DNA of 64,000 nt from Octopus sinensis (taxonomy: Eukaryota): contig NC_043006.1 in NCBI RefSeq assembly GCF_006345805.1, positions 1,240,001 through 1,304,000 on the forward strand. Direction: 5' to 3'. Below are positions 1 through 13,099 of this stretch, piece by piece. The stretch's first letter is position 1. Every line of letters starts with the position of its first letter. The translations under genes and the position numbers were made by a program. The notes below the pieces were generated by a model. The model ran no database searches, was not told the DNA's origin, and saw only the letters and a program-made list of their open reading frames with translations.

Positions 1-133
1 GTGCTCAACTAATACTTATTTAATCGACTCTGAAAGGACGAAAGATAAAGTCGACACCGAAGACACTTCAAATCAGAACGTAAAGTCAGAAGAAATGCCA
101 CTAAGCATTGTGTCCGGCGCGGTTACTATTCTC
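1..133 (-). mobile_element. tRNA-derived SINE family A, degenerate partial copy
   Basis: Reverse-complement similarity to cleaner copies at 9631-9863 and 18421-18652 (gaaagg.tgaaag.caaagtcgac, tcagaacgta, ctaagcatt..gtccggcg). Confidence 0.7.
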
Positions 134-353
134 TAATAATCCTTTCAACTAAAGGCACAAATCCTGATATTTTGTGGGAGGGGACTAGTCGATTACATCG
201 ACCCCAATGTTTCACTGGTCCTTAATTTATCAACCCCGAAAGGATGAAAGGCAAAGTCGACTTCGGTGGAATTTAAACTTAGAGCATAAAGGCGGACGAA
301 TTGCCGCTAAGCATCTCGTCCGGCGTTCTAATGATTCTACCATCTCACCGCCT
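134..353 (-). mobile_element. SINE family A (tail type 2)
   Basis: Contains gtcgattacatcgacccc...gaaaggatgaaaggcaaagtcgac...ccgcc, the reverse complement of the family A body and head. Confidence 0.85.
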
Positions 354-1050
354 TCAAAACTGTTAATAATGGCACTTAATACGTGTCATTTAATACATTT
401 AAAAATTTCGTTTCGCTCACTCGGGATACCGAGGTCTATTTTTGTATTTTCCCGGATTGATTGGGTTTCATTATCGATCCGACAGATATGTGTCCCTAAA
501 ACCAAACATCGTCCAAATATTTCAGAATTCATAAATGGATGGTGTTAGCGAAAGAAGACACCTTATAAATGCTAATCCCACACTTCCACACTAAAATCTT
601 ATTTAAGTGTTGCTCGTAAAAGACGATTAATTTAGTGACATAACTAATTAGTACGAAATAATTATCTCTTCTCAGTTACTCACTAATGGAATAAAACAGC
701 TATTATTTAGTTGGTGTGTATTTGAACACGTCGACTTGGCAACAGACACCATTTTCATATATAAACTATCATGTCGAAGCCAAGTGCACATATCAAAACA
801 GATGTTTCAGCCTTATTGAATTATTGACTGAACATCTCAGCCAACATTGCCCAATTGAGCATACACTTCTCTCTCTTTGTATTTATTTTAACGGAGCGTA
901 TTTTAAACATATTTAGCGGCTGCTATATGATTCCGTTGAAATTAATTTACTTCAGTTATGTTGCTAACACTCATGAAGGAGCCATAAATCTATTATATTA
1001 AAATGCTTTGGTGCAAAAGATCTGTCACGCAGTGGGAAGGCGATGGTAGA

Positions 1051-1095
<45 letters not shown>

Positions 1096-1799
1096 AATAG
1101 TGAGCGAGAAAAACTGTCGTATGACCGTCGAGGAAGCTGAAACTAATAGGGAATGAATGAGAATTTTTAATCAAAAATGAAGGTAAAGTATGAACGATGA
1201 GTTATAAATAAAAACATCTAGAATACGAATACATTTGATTGTAAAATACAGCGAAGGATGCCTGCGGGTCTCGAACTCACATGAAGTGCGAACATAACAG
1301 ATGTTACCATTCTACGAAAGCAATACTTCAAAATTTCTCTATCCACTTTAAGGAACTTAGTTCCTACAAGCGAGAATTGTGTGTTGTTTATATTGTATGA
1401 ATCTCAGAATCTTCGAGAAATGTGAAATAAAGGTTTTGACTCCTCCCATCCAGGGGTTATTTTAGTCTAATATTTTTTTACATATTAATAGTTCTATCTA
1501 CTTCGAAAGCCACCGTTAAAAATGATACATTTCAAATCTCTCAAAGTTTCTAGAATTTTTATATGTAAGCAAACGTTAAAAATGTTTTCTTTTTAAATAT
1601 ATTCCTTGCGCCTGACTTATTTCATTTTTAACGCTTGTTTTCCACCTCTAATGAATAATATATATATATATATATATAGTTGAGTGTAGAAATTCGGGGT
1701 GAGTACTTGATAATTATAAGCACCTGTGGTATACCGTTTGGTGGTGTAGGTGGTGGAGTAAATTGATCAAAATAAAAATGAAAATAAAAACATGAGGCG

Positions 1800-1870
<71 letters not shown>

Positions 1871-2180
1871 GTATAACTACCATTCCTTCCTCTTTTTCCA
1901 GCACCTTCTCCTCTTCCCACGTAACGCAAACAAAAGTGCTCTCATACTCCAATCAACCTTTTCATTGGTCTAAATCAATAGACGACCCTCAATTAAACAT
2001 TCGTTAAATCCATATCACCCGAAGAAAGGAATGCGTGAACATGATCTACCCGATGTCCATGGATACTACGGATCGTACTGTAAGCCTGCCAGTAATACGG
2101 ACTACGATCTTAAGACAAATTCGTGGTAACTCCCGTCGCGATGCTTTAAAATATTTATAAATTCCATCCAAGGGTTATTA

Positions 2181-2430
2181 TTGGCTGAGTGATAAGAAGC
2201 TTGCTTTCCAACCACAGGGTTCTGGGTTCAGTCGCACTGAGTGGCACCTTGAATAAGTGTCGTTTACTATTGCCTCGGGCCGACCAAAGCCTAGTGAGGG
2301 GATTTGGTAGACGGAAACTGAGAGAAACCCGTCGTATATATTTATGTGTGTGTTTTTTGAGTCTGTGTTTGTCCCCTCACCACCACATCGCTTGGCAACC
2401 GATATTGGTATGTTTACATCCCCGTAACTT
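2181..2430 (+). mobile_element. SINE family B, 3'-truncated by the adjoining R4/Dong LINE
   Basis: tggctg.gtg.taagaagcttgc...gggttcagtc...ttggtagacggaaactga...cgtaacttag matches full copies such as 34681-35077. Confidence 0.85.
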
Positions 2431-4604
2431 AGAGGTTCCACTCTCATGGATACTAGAAATTCTCAACACAAATAAATTAACCCCACTACTACTAAAAGAC
2501 ATTAAACATGCAATGGCAAACTGGAAAACTGGTATAACATTAAAAAGTGACTTACAAGTTATTAAAACCTACCCTGTACCCGTAAAAAGAGAGATTTTCC
2601 AGGGATACTCAGTGTCACCCCTGCTTTTCTGCCTGTCTCTGACCCCGCCAACAAACTTGTTAAACGAAACCACCATGGGTTATAGGTGCTATGGACAAAA
2701 ACTAAGCCATTTCCTGTACATGGATGACCTAAAACGTTTCGCTAAAAGCACCATGGAACAGAGAAGCCTTATCAAAACTGTCCAGAATTTCGGCAAAAAC
2801 ATCGGAATTAACATGGCGCTGGGCAAATGTTTCAAAGTCACACTGAGAAGAGGCAAATTATTCAGCACTGAAAACACTGCACTTGGCATAGACACAGAAA
2901 TTAGAGGATTAGACAACAACTACCCATACAAATGTCTAGGAATAGACGAAGCAGCTAAAATGCAACACACAGAAATGAAAGAGAACATTAGGAAAGGGAA
3001 CATTACAGAAGAGTCAGACTAATGTTAAGCAGTGAACTTAATGCTAAAAATAAGATAATAGGGATAAACACGGTAGCCATACCAGTCATAAATTACAGCT
3101 TTAACATAATAAGCTGGAAGATCAGTGAATTGAGAAACCTAGATAGAAAAACCAGAAAACTACTAACAGAGTACCAAAGTCACCACCCCAAAGCAGACGC
3201 AGACAGAATATATCTAACCCGCTGATAAGGAGGCCATGGCCGGATACGGATAGAGAACTACTATAAAATAACAACGGTTGGACTAGCAGAGTACATAGAA
3301 ACAAAGAGTAGAAGACTACTGCGTGTACTAAAGCAACACGAGAAAAAGAAAACTTTTTCTCTGTACACAAGGGGACGACAAAATAGAAAACAGAAACAAC
3401 TACACTGACACACTGACCTCAGATGACAACATAGCATCAATGGTCAGAGAGACAAAAGACAACATGAAAACTGAGTTACAAAAGATACTGAAGAAGGAAT
3501 GGAGAGAAAAATCGCTTCATGGCCAAAACCCTGCAAGGCTTGGCAGAGAGGAAGTGAGCCTAAGTAAAAGCCAACAATGGCTCAAAAGCTCTGGACTGAA
3601 AGCCGAAACGGAAGGACTGATTCTTACTGCACAAAATCAATGCCTGACTACAAACAATTATAAAACCAAAATAATGAAAACAGGCCTCGACACCAAATGC
3701 AGAATGTGCAACCAGCAAAATGAGACAGTTGGTCACATCATCTCGAGCTGTCCAGTCCTTGCCAAACCTGAATATATTGATACAGAAGCAGAGAAATAGT
3801 CAGTTATGTCCACTGGACAATGTGCCAACATTACATCAAAACTGACAACAGGTGGTGTAAGCATATGCCAAGCATGGTACAAGACAACGACCAGGCCGCA
3901 ATCATGTGATATATGTCGCTTCAAACCGACAAAGAAATAAAAGCTAATCGCCCAAACATAATAATCAAGGACTGGGGTAAAAAAAAATCACCTGCTTACT
4001 GATAGACATTGAAGTCACTTCTGATCAAAATAATGTCAAAAAAGAAGAGGAGAAATTGTACAAAGACCTTGAAATTGAAGTATTCAAAATGTGTGGCATG
4101 AAGGTAAAAACAATACCGATAATAATTGGAGCATTGGGAATGATACAAAAACGCATGAACAAAAACGTAGAAGCTATGCTGGGATCTTCAACACGACACA
4201 CCGTCAAAAAAGTAGCCCTGCTAGGAACGGCTCGCACCCTACGCATGACACTATCAATCCAATAAGATAACCTAAACAAAACAAACTACAAACACAAGAC
4301 ACACTCTATACAGCATTTACCCAGTGAAATAAACTTTCAGCGGCAAGCTAGAAAACCATAGCATTACACACTCAACACACAATACAAGCTGTGACACAAC
4401 GAAAGATTGCATCCTGCCTCAAGAGAAAAGAAATTAACACGATACAGTACCGAGAAGAGTTTGCACACTCCCAACAGAACACAAAAAAACACACACAGTG
4501 CTGCACATACCTCAGCAACACAAAGGTGCAGCAGATGATGCAGATGATGCAGATGATGCAGTAGAAATTTACTTCAATCTACCAAATGTTGAGCAGTTAT
4601 ATGT
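2431..4604 (+). mobile_element. R4/Dong-clade non-LTR retrotransposon (RT + REL endonuclease), 5'-truncated and frameshifted
   Basis: Translated fragments IFQGYSVSPLLFCL, HFLYMDDLK, GLKAETEGLILTAQNQ, CRMCNQQNETVGHIISSC, PIIIGALG and KVALLGTARTLR; 3' UTR followed by (TAA)n. Confidence 0.92.
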
Positions 4605-4629
4605 AATAATAATAATATAATAATAATAA

Positions 4630-4670
<41 letters not shown>

Positions 4671-4692
4671 ATAGTAATACTACTACTACTAC

Positions 4693-4727
<35 letters not shown>
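4605..4727. repeat. (TAA)n/(TAG)n microsatellite between R4/Dong copies
   Basis: Directly visible. Confidence 0.95.
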
Positions 4728-5035
4728 TTGATAGCAAAAGGGGCTGATTGCTACCTAACTCAGATACCAGGAAACCCCAAAATGGCAGAAATTCAAAAGA
4801 TAGTGCTCATGGGAACTGCTCATATCCTACTTTCTTTGTAATCTCAAGTTTTAAAACAAACATAATTTTCGTATGTTTTTTTTAGGCATTCACTAGTACA
4901 ACACTAAGTACAAAACCAAATATATGGCACCTTAGGCATAACACCAACATGAACTTCCAACTTATTGTCTCTTGAGGTCTCTGGGTGAAACTTGGAGCCA
5001 GCTTGTGCAAATGTAAAGCAAAAGTCAAACATTGA
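4728..5035 (+). mobile_element. R4/Dong 3' fragment (second subfamily)
   Basis: Translates to IAKGADCYLTQIPGNPKMAEIQKIVLMGTAHIL, homologous to the REL C-terminus; different 3' UTR, followed by (TAA)n at 5036-5106. Confidence 0.8.
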
Positions 5036-5050
5036 ATAATAATAATAATA

Positions 5051-5106
<56 letters not shown>

Positions 5107-5109
<3 letters not shown>

Positions 5110-6495
5110 GATCTTCCAGGGTGACAGCCTATCTCCGTTGCTTTTCGTTATCTGCATGATACCTCTGACTTTGGTACTCAGGAAAATGAACCTGGGTTAC
5201 CAACTAAAGGAAAAATCCCAATTTGAAACTGTATGGCAAAGATGAGACACAAGTGAGTTCCTTGGTGAACATGGCCCACTGTTTTAGTACTGATATTAGA
5301 ATGGAATTTGGACTCAAGAAGTGCGGAGTAACCTACCTAAAAAGGAGCAAGGTATAGTCCGTAGCAGGGATAGCATTACTGAGTAGAGAGACTTGATTAA
5401 GCAAATTGAAACGGAAAGATACAAATACCTTGGTGCAATAGAGTGCAGCGTGATAATGGAAAAGGAAATGAAAGAGCAACTAAGGATGGAGTATTTCTGA
5501 AGACTGGGGTTGGTGCTGCGCTCAAAAGTGACTGGATGGAAAAAAAATCCAAGCAGTTAGCATCACCTCGGTATGGAGCAGGAATTATAAAATGGCAAAA
5601 GAGAGAAACGAAGAAAATGGATACCATGCCCAGAAAAATGTTAACAGTACACGGAGCCTCCACCCTAAGAGTGAAACTGATTGGCTATACTTGTCCAAAA
5701 TAAAGAGTGGGGGAGGTTTGATCAGTTGCCTTGACTGTATCGAAGCAGAGGAAAACAGCCTAGGGTGGTATATAATAAAAGACGAGGAGCCAATGTTAAA
5801 GCACACGAAAAAGGCTGGCGTCATGAAAACTGAAATTTGTGTAACTAAAGGAAGATTTAAACAAGATATGAACAAAGAAAAAAAACGGTATGGCACGTCG
5901 ATAGCGAATGTCCGAAATTGGCACAACGCGAATACAAACGACGCCATGACAATGTGGCAAGAATGATCCATTGAGAGCTCTATGGAAATCACGGCCTACA
6001 AAGAGCAAAGACGTGATATGAGAAAACCCCAGAAGGAGTCGAAGAAAATGAGAACTGCAAAATCCTGTGGGATGTAATGATCTAGAGTGATCACCTGACC
6101 AGACTTTGGAAACCGGACATTGTTGTGGTGAATAAAAAAGAAAGAACATGCATGATTATCGACCTAGCATGCCCTGGTTTACAACAAGATCAATGTGAAA
6201 GAAGAAGAAAAAATAAACAACTGCAACGATTTAAAGTGGGAAGTACGAAGGTTGTGGTCAATGAAGAGTGTAGACGTGATACCAATGGTGTACTTGGAAG
6301 TATCAGCACACAGCTACCAACATGGATGAAAAAGACTGGTGCAAGTGTGAAGGTAGAACACCTACAAAAACCAGTATTGCTTGGAACTGCAAGAATTCTT
6401 GAAGCCTGACCAGTAAACAAGTGTCACCTTCGTCAGCTGGCTGTGGACGGCTGACACTTTCCATCATACCCAGCAAAATAAGCTGAGTTTTCATA
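5107..6495 (+). mobile_element. R4/Dong fragment (third subfamily), degenerate
   Basis: FQGDSLSPLLFVICMIPL, LYLSKIKSGGGLISCLDCIEAEENSL and EHLQKPVLLGTARIL; begins right after a TAA tract. Confidence 0.88.
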
Positions 6496-6499
6496 TAAT

Positions 6500-6840
6500 A
6501 ACAATGACCATGACGACGACGATTACGATGACAACGATGATGATGATGAAGAGGAGGAGGAGGAGGAGGATGAAGTGGAGGAGGAAGTGGAGGAGGAAGA
6601 CGATGACGAAGATGATGACAACGATGATGATGATGAAGAGGAGGAGGAGGAAGAGGGAGAGGAAGACAACGACGAAGATGATGACAACTATGATGATGAT
6701 GAAGAGGATGAAGTGGAGGAGGAGGAGGAGGAGGAAGTGGAGGAGGAGGAAGTGGAGGGGAGGAGGAGGAAGTGGAGGGGAGGAGGATGAGGAAGAGGGG
6801 GAGGAGGAGGGAGGAAGAGGAGGAGGGGAGGAGGAGGATA
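6500..6840. repeat. Compound (GAT)/(GAC)/(GAG) low-complexity repeat
   Basis: Directly visible triplet runs with internal duplicated blocks. Confidence 0.9.
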
Positions 6841-7849
6841 CAACAGAGATGCTTTTTTTACGATAGTTTTTCTGCTATATTATATTTAACACTTTCCCGT
6901 CTGTTGTGCAGATATTGAAATTTCACCAATTGTTCCCTAAACGGCCGGGAAACGAGCATAGAACGGACGGAGTTAATTTTGCTTGAGGGAAGAACAGAAA
7001 CTAAGCGGCAGGTTACGTATTTCTGATTTGATAAATGTAAAAGTACAACACCAGATCTCTCTCGGCCAATTCATTTTTGCATCAAAATTTGGTGATGTCG
7101 GTGTGATAATAATTTGGGAAGACGATACTGAATAACGATAAAAATTCGATATCATAGGGATCGGATAACTCTCGTAGATGATGCGGTAATAACTGACGAT
7201 GAGGAAACCGGATTCACGTACGATTGCTCATTAGCGATTATCTGAAACTAATTACGAATACGTTTGTAGAGTGAAATACGAGTAGATTTATAATATTTAC
7301 GAAAATGAAATAAGATATTCACCGATGACAATAATGTAATAAATGAGAATATCTAAGATTGTTATGAGGAAATTAAATAAGAAATATGACTTATGAACTT
7401 ATGCCTCTCCACAGAAGAGAGTTACTCAAATATGATACAATTAGTTTTAACAGTTTCCTATCACTTTCAAAGACCGCGTTAGTGATACCACGGATGGCAC
7501 CAGAAAACCAAACAAAGTGGTTAATAGTTCGTATTTGTTTATAGGCGATGCTTGAGCAGCTCAGACAATTTTCAGTGGCTTCTCTTTAGTTTTAGAAGAT
7601 AACCCAGACTGATGCCATTGACGGCTGAACACCCGCAGGACTCTGTCAAAGAAATTATTAACGGTTCTAAACATAAGCACTAGGTGCACGGATCTGGGGC
7701 ATGATCAAATAAAGCAGACCTGTGTTTTACTGTTTGGTATTGTTATATACTTTGCGACTATGGAAGATACAGGAAGTTTTTGACGCTTTGGTGCTTTGAT
7801 GTTTAAATATGAAGGATGTGACTAGCTGTTATAAGTTTGTCACTTCGGC

Positions 7850-8045
7850 CTTTGAAGTTGCGTTACCAATCGAATATTACGACCAAGACCAGGTGGGAAG
7901 AACGGTCGATTTAATCGCCCCTAGGTCATGATTAGTACTATCTTATTGAACACCGAAGAGATTGAAGGGCAGAATTAACATTGACGGTGTGTCGAATACA
8001 GAGCATAAGGGATTTTGTCCGAGCGGTCAAACCATTTTGTCGGGA
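7850..8045 (-). mobile_element. Highly degenerate SINE family A
   Basis: Residual gtcgatttaatcg.ccc...gtact.tcttattg..cacc...ttttgtccg motifs. Confidence 0.5.
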
Positions 8046-8219
8046 GTTTCTAAATCCTCATTGTTACGATAACAAAAACACAAAGAGTATGAAAGGCTTT
8101 AAATATGCAAAGACAATATAGTTATATTAAACACAGTAATAGGGACTAGCCCACAATAGAACTTGTACAGGTTCGCTTGGTTGACTAGCGTTAGTAGCTA
8201 AATCTCTTGAAACAAAGAA

Positions 8220-8375
8220 GCTTCTAAGGGGTTGCTAGAACTGCTAGAAATAGTAGCCAAGAAATTGTTGCCAAATCTCTTTCAAATCACACTCTACCGT
8301 TTCAATAATATAAAAAAGTGATGTATTGGACACTGTAATTTCTTATGTCCAAAATAACATGATGGTCATGCCTAA
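8220..8375 (+). repeat. Unclassified interspersed repeat (related copy on the minus strand at about 30660-30830)
   Basis: tagaaatagtagccaa...tctctttcaaatcacactctacc...atgatggtcatg resembles the reverse complement of gtggtttgacggaggtttggctacagcttcta. Confidence 0.5.
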
Positions 8376-8381
8376 AATATT

Positions 8382-8452
<71 letters not shown>

Positions 8453-9047
8453 GCTCTCACCCTACCTTCTTTCAAGACTTTTAACCTATCTTAACTCTTT
8501 TAATGCAAACTTTTCTTGCCTGTCTCCAATCCTTCCACACAGAAGACTAATCATTTGCCAATGAGAGTAGCCCAAACCATTTTGTGTCATTCTCTATTCG
8601 TCTCTCTGAGCTTCTCCTGAAATATCCATAAACTCTTTCTCGCCTCTCAAGATTGTCTTTACCCAGTGGTCACTGTATCTGTATCCAATGTACCGAGTGA
8701 ACCGTCCTCAATCAAATTGTCACATCAAGCATCAGGATTTTAGTGCCTTCAGTCAGTCATTTACCTTTATGCAAATTTTAACTGACTCTAAACATCAGAA
8801 TCAACCTCCACATGTTCTTCTCGCTTTACTTCCAGCTTCTCACAGTTGCACTCAATAAAATTTTTCTCCTCCCTTTCTACACAAGGCTCACGATTCGTGT
8901 AATATTTGTTACGTTCATCTCAACCAATAAAACAATCCCTCCAGATAATATACCCCTCTTCAAACAATACGCTCCAGGGCTAGCTCTTATACGTTTCATA
9001 CTTTTCGATCTCTCTCTCTCTCTCTACTCCCTCTCTTTCTCTCTCTA

Positions 9048-9114
<67 letters not shown>

Positions 9115-9630
9115 GTTCCACCAAAATATATCCTAATCTCTGAGACAAAACATTTCTAACCCTGAAAAGTACTGATCTGCGTTTTCCACTTCCAGCATCT
9201 CAAAAATGCTGGAAATATTTAATTACTTTCATATTTTTTCTATGAGCTTGTTTAATTCCTCGGTGTCACCAGAAAAGCTGATATAAAACGGGCGAGAATC
9301 TTGTTCTTTACACCACTCATCAGCAGTTTTTAGCAGTGGAAAACTTCATCGAACATAATGTTATTCCTGCATTTGTCATCTGTAAACTCTTTGGTATCCT
9401 CCTAGCAAAGCTACCCACCTAAGATTTTCAACCTTCCTTGGATTAGAAATTACCATCCAGACCCCACTACTGTAGCATATTTTGTCATTTTCGTAACGTA
9501 TGAATAACACCCTTAAAACTCGAATGACCTCTTTAGAGTATCACCAAAACTGAATGTCAAGACAGAAAACACTTCAAACCTGATCACTGATTGTTTTACT
9601 TTTTTATAATTAGAATTCTGCACTCATATA

Positions 9631-9863
9631 TATTTCTTTACTGCCCACAAGGGGCTAAATATAGAGGGTACAAACAAAGACAGACAAAGGGATTAAGTCG
9701 ATTACATCGACCCCAGTGCAAAATTGGTACTTTATTTATCGACCCCGAAAGGATGAAAAGCAAAGTCGACCTCGGCGGAATTTGAACTCAGAACGTAGCG
9801 GCAGACGAAATACTGCTAAGCATTTCGCCCGGCGTGCTAACGATTCTGCCAGCTCGCCGCCAT
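9631..9863 (-). mobile_element. SINE family A (tail type 1), full length with 16-bp TSD
   Basis: Full head (reverse complement ggcggcgagctggcagaatcgttagc) and tail; ATTCTGCACTCATATA at 9615-9630 and 9864-9879. Confidence 0.95.
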
Positions 9864-10527
9864 ATTCTGCACTCATATAATGAACAGTACTGTTGCGTCA
9901 GCTACATACACACACAGAGATCGTATCTAAACGAAATTCTTCAGGCTTATTCGCAAAGACTTGCTCATCAACATACAACATACTCTTTCTCACAAATATA
10001 ATGTTTTCTCAGGTTTATTATTTACTGCCTCTACAATGGCCTCTGTTCTGAACAAGCTAGTCGTATACCCACTTCACTTTACTACGTCCGATATACCATT
10101 TTCATATCAACCTTACTGTGTGTCGCAACCTGCGCGTTGCACTAAACTATCTCCAGATCTAACTTTCCCAGCACGAGAACCTTTTCGGAATTCCTCTCAA
10201 CCTGTGTTTGAATTTCAGAGATTGTTCTACAAATGTCCAAGCTGAACATCAGCCACAAAAATATCACCACATTCCACAGACCTCCAAAGTTCGTGGAGTC
10301 TGCCACGCCTCTTCTACCAAGCGCAACATATGTGTAAAATTAATCGAAATGGCCACTTCTAAATTGTCTGTGATAATTAATGTAAAATCGATTACTATCA
10401 TACATTATTTAACAATAATATTGAGACGAGAGATAGCAAAATATATAGAGCGCTTTGCACTGTGTTAATTTCTTTCTTTTACATTTAGTTTTACTATCTG
10501 ATTTATCTTGTTATTTTAGAGGTGATC

Positions 10528-10742
10528 GGTGGCGAGATGGCAGAATCGTTAGCGCGGCGGACAAATTGCTTAGTAGCATTTTTCCAGCACTTTCTGAGTT
10601 TTGAGTCTAAATTCCGCCGAGATCGACTTTACCTTTTATCCTTCCGGTCGATAAAATAAGTATCAGTGAAGTACTGGACTCAATGCAATCAACTAATTAC
10701 ATCCTCCCAATAAATTACTGACTTTGTGCCAAAGTTTTAAAG
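10528..10742 (+). mobile_element. SINE family A (tail type 2), diverged
   Basis: ggtggcgagatggcagaatcgttagc...aaattccgccgagatcgacttt... Confidence 0.85.
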
Positions 10743-11454
10743 CATTGTCCTTAAGCTGAAAAAATTAAGTACAAGTCCTGGTGGACTAGAATCGATTTAA
10801 TAGGCTGTAACACCTCTAAAAATGTGTCTCTTGTACAATAAAAAATAGTTACGTAATCATATCGTTTAACAAAACAAACAGGAATTCTCATATTGCCTAA
10901 AGCAACTAATGAAAGAAAAATGCTAAAAACATTGTGTTGTTTAATTATAGAATTTGTAATCATGGAACAAACATATTCGTACAAGACGGAGTAGAAAATA
11001 GGATGTCTAATCATGTGTAAGACTACCTGAAATCAGATCCTCAACAAGCAAACACTTTTACAGGAAACATGCACGACCGTGACGTTATCAATTCAGAAAT
11101 TAAACGAACCATGCGCAATAGAATAGCAGTGCAGCAGTAATCAAAACTTCAAAAATATACTTTAAAAGATTGTAGAATTCTTATCGCTCATTTCTAAACT
11201 ACTTTAAAATTCAGAATTACTTTCTCAATTCGGCAGACAACTATCCCTTGAACCATTGGCCTTAGTGAATGTTTTAGTGGATCAAAAACAGTTTCAGTTT
11301 TTCATATACAGGTACCTACGCTGATGACGGATTAACATTTTCCCATGATTTGAACGGCCAACAGGAGTAGAAAAAGGTAGAAAATCCTAATAGAGTCGTT
11401 TTAAAAACTTTAACCTTAGAATACTGTTAGAATGCAATATTACCTTTTCAGTCG

Positions 11455-11830
11455 TTATATTACGCCCTATTACGGATAAACAGCATTCTTGTAGCAACTC
11501 AAAAGAACACATTAACAGGGGTTCTAATCTACCTCCTACGATAATAAAAAGTATAGCCATAAACATTAGGAAGAGAATATCCAATACATCTTCCGACAAA
11601 ATAGTATTTAATAGAACTGCATGTTGTCATAAAATTTCGTTGGAGAAAAGCGTATTTAAAGAGAAACTGGAATATGAACAAGGCATAAGAAAAATCAATC
11701 CGCCCTGTATTATATATGTAGCTTCCCACATAACCATAAAATTCTGGCATTCTTCATAAAACATTCTTCACTAACGACATGTACCACATGTTACTCAATA
11801 AAAAAAAAAATACCATCGTAAAAGTTAATT
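11455..11830 (+). pseudogene. Penelope-like element RT C-terminal (thumb) fragment
   Basis: Frame reads HINRGSNLPPTIIKSIAINIRKRISNTSSDKIVFN...LEKSVFKEKLEY...NPP, matching the PLE pattern YINxxSNHPPxIIKxIP...ISxxSS...IIWFNPP. Confidence 0.7.
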
Positions 11831-12204
11831 ACATGGCAATATCATCAGCCTTATAGACTGAAGTAATATCATGAACCAAACGCCGAGGTAGGTTTCAAAG
11901 CCTCCACCAGAAAACAACTACAGTGACTTCTTAATATACACTCAGCGTTGCGTGCCTTAACCGAGTCGAGAAGAATGATAGAAGCTAAGATTTCTCAACC
12001 AAATTAATAGCAACTGCACTTACTCTGTGTTTGTATAGGCAGGATAGAAACACTGGAAGGACAGGGTAGCAAGAAACTCGTTTGTAGTTAACGCTGCAAC
12101 ACCTTGCATTACGGGTAGAAATTACATCCTGTTTGCCTCGCGAATTTATTGGATATGCTGTGATTAGTATACAGGTGTGTTAACATGTAGACTTGAGTAT
12201 GTGT

Positions 12205-12243
<39 letters not shown>

Positions 12244-12461
12244 AATGCGTATGCGCGAACGCACATACGCGCATACACAATAATTACCAGCACATGTATG
12301 CATGTATGTATGCATGTATGCATGTATGTATTTATGTATGTGTACGTATATGTACGCCTGAACGTAGGTATACATGCATATATGTATGTTTAAGTATGTA
12401 TGTGTGTACACACACACACACGCACACACGTATATATAAATAAATGCATAAATATAGTAAG

Positions 12462-12494
<33 letters not shown>

Positions 12495-13099
12495 ATATAT
12501 GCAATTATATATTAATGAACCCCTTGTAACAACATACGAGACGATCCCTCTTCTCGGTTGCTAATAAACTACCTCAAGCAAAGTTCACCTGATTTGTAAT
12601 GGAAGAACGTATGTGGTTCTTTGACCTAAACCTGATACAAATAACACCAAATTCTTCTTGAAATCTCATAATAGCGTCTTAAAAAGGAAAGCTTACATTA
12701 AAGAAGGTAGTTCTTGTTATACTAAATCTGGATGAAGGCAAAATTGTCGCGCCTAAAATGTCTTTAAGCAGAGTTAATTTGGATTTGGAGCTAAGCAACA
12801 ACTGCAATATAATTCTTGATGTGAACTTCTTCACCAAGTTGTCCCACCCAGCCAATGCCGTCAAGATCGGCGGTTATACTATGGTCTTAGAATTTGAGAT
12901 CTGATTGCAGGAATCACGTTTTATGTATTTCTGTTTAATAATAGCCAACATAAAGAAAGTTAGTTGATAGGCGTAGGAGTGGCTGTGTGCTTACGAACCA
13001 AATGGTTCCGGGTTCAGTCCCACTGCGTGGTACCTTGGGCAAGTGTCTTCTACTATAGCCTCGGGCCGACCAAAGCCTTGTGAGTTGATTTGGTAGACG

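Noticed and set aside
6504-6866. Acidic D/E-rich ORF resembling a nucleolin-type tract
   Set aside because: Pure triplet microsatellite directly after a LINE tail, with no flanking domain or splice support.
8480-8990. Possible very old RTE RT remnant on the minus strand
   Set aside because: Only faint motif resemblance; cannot be supported without an HMM search.
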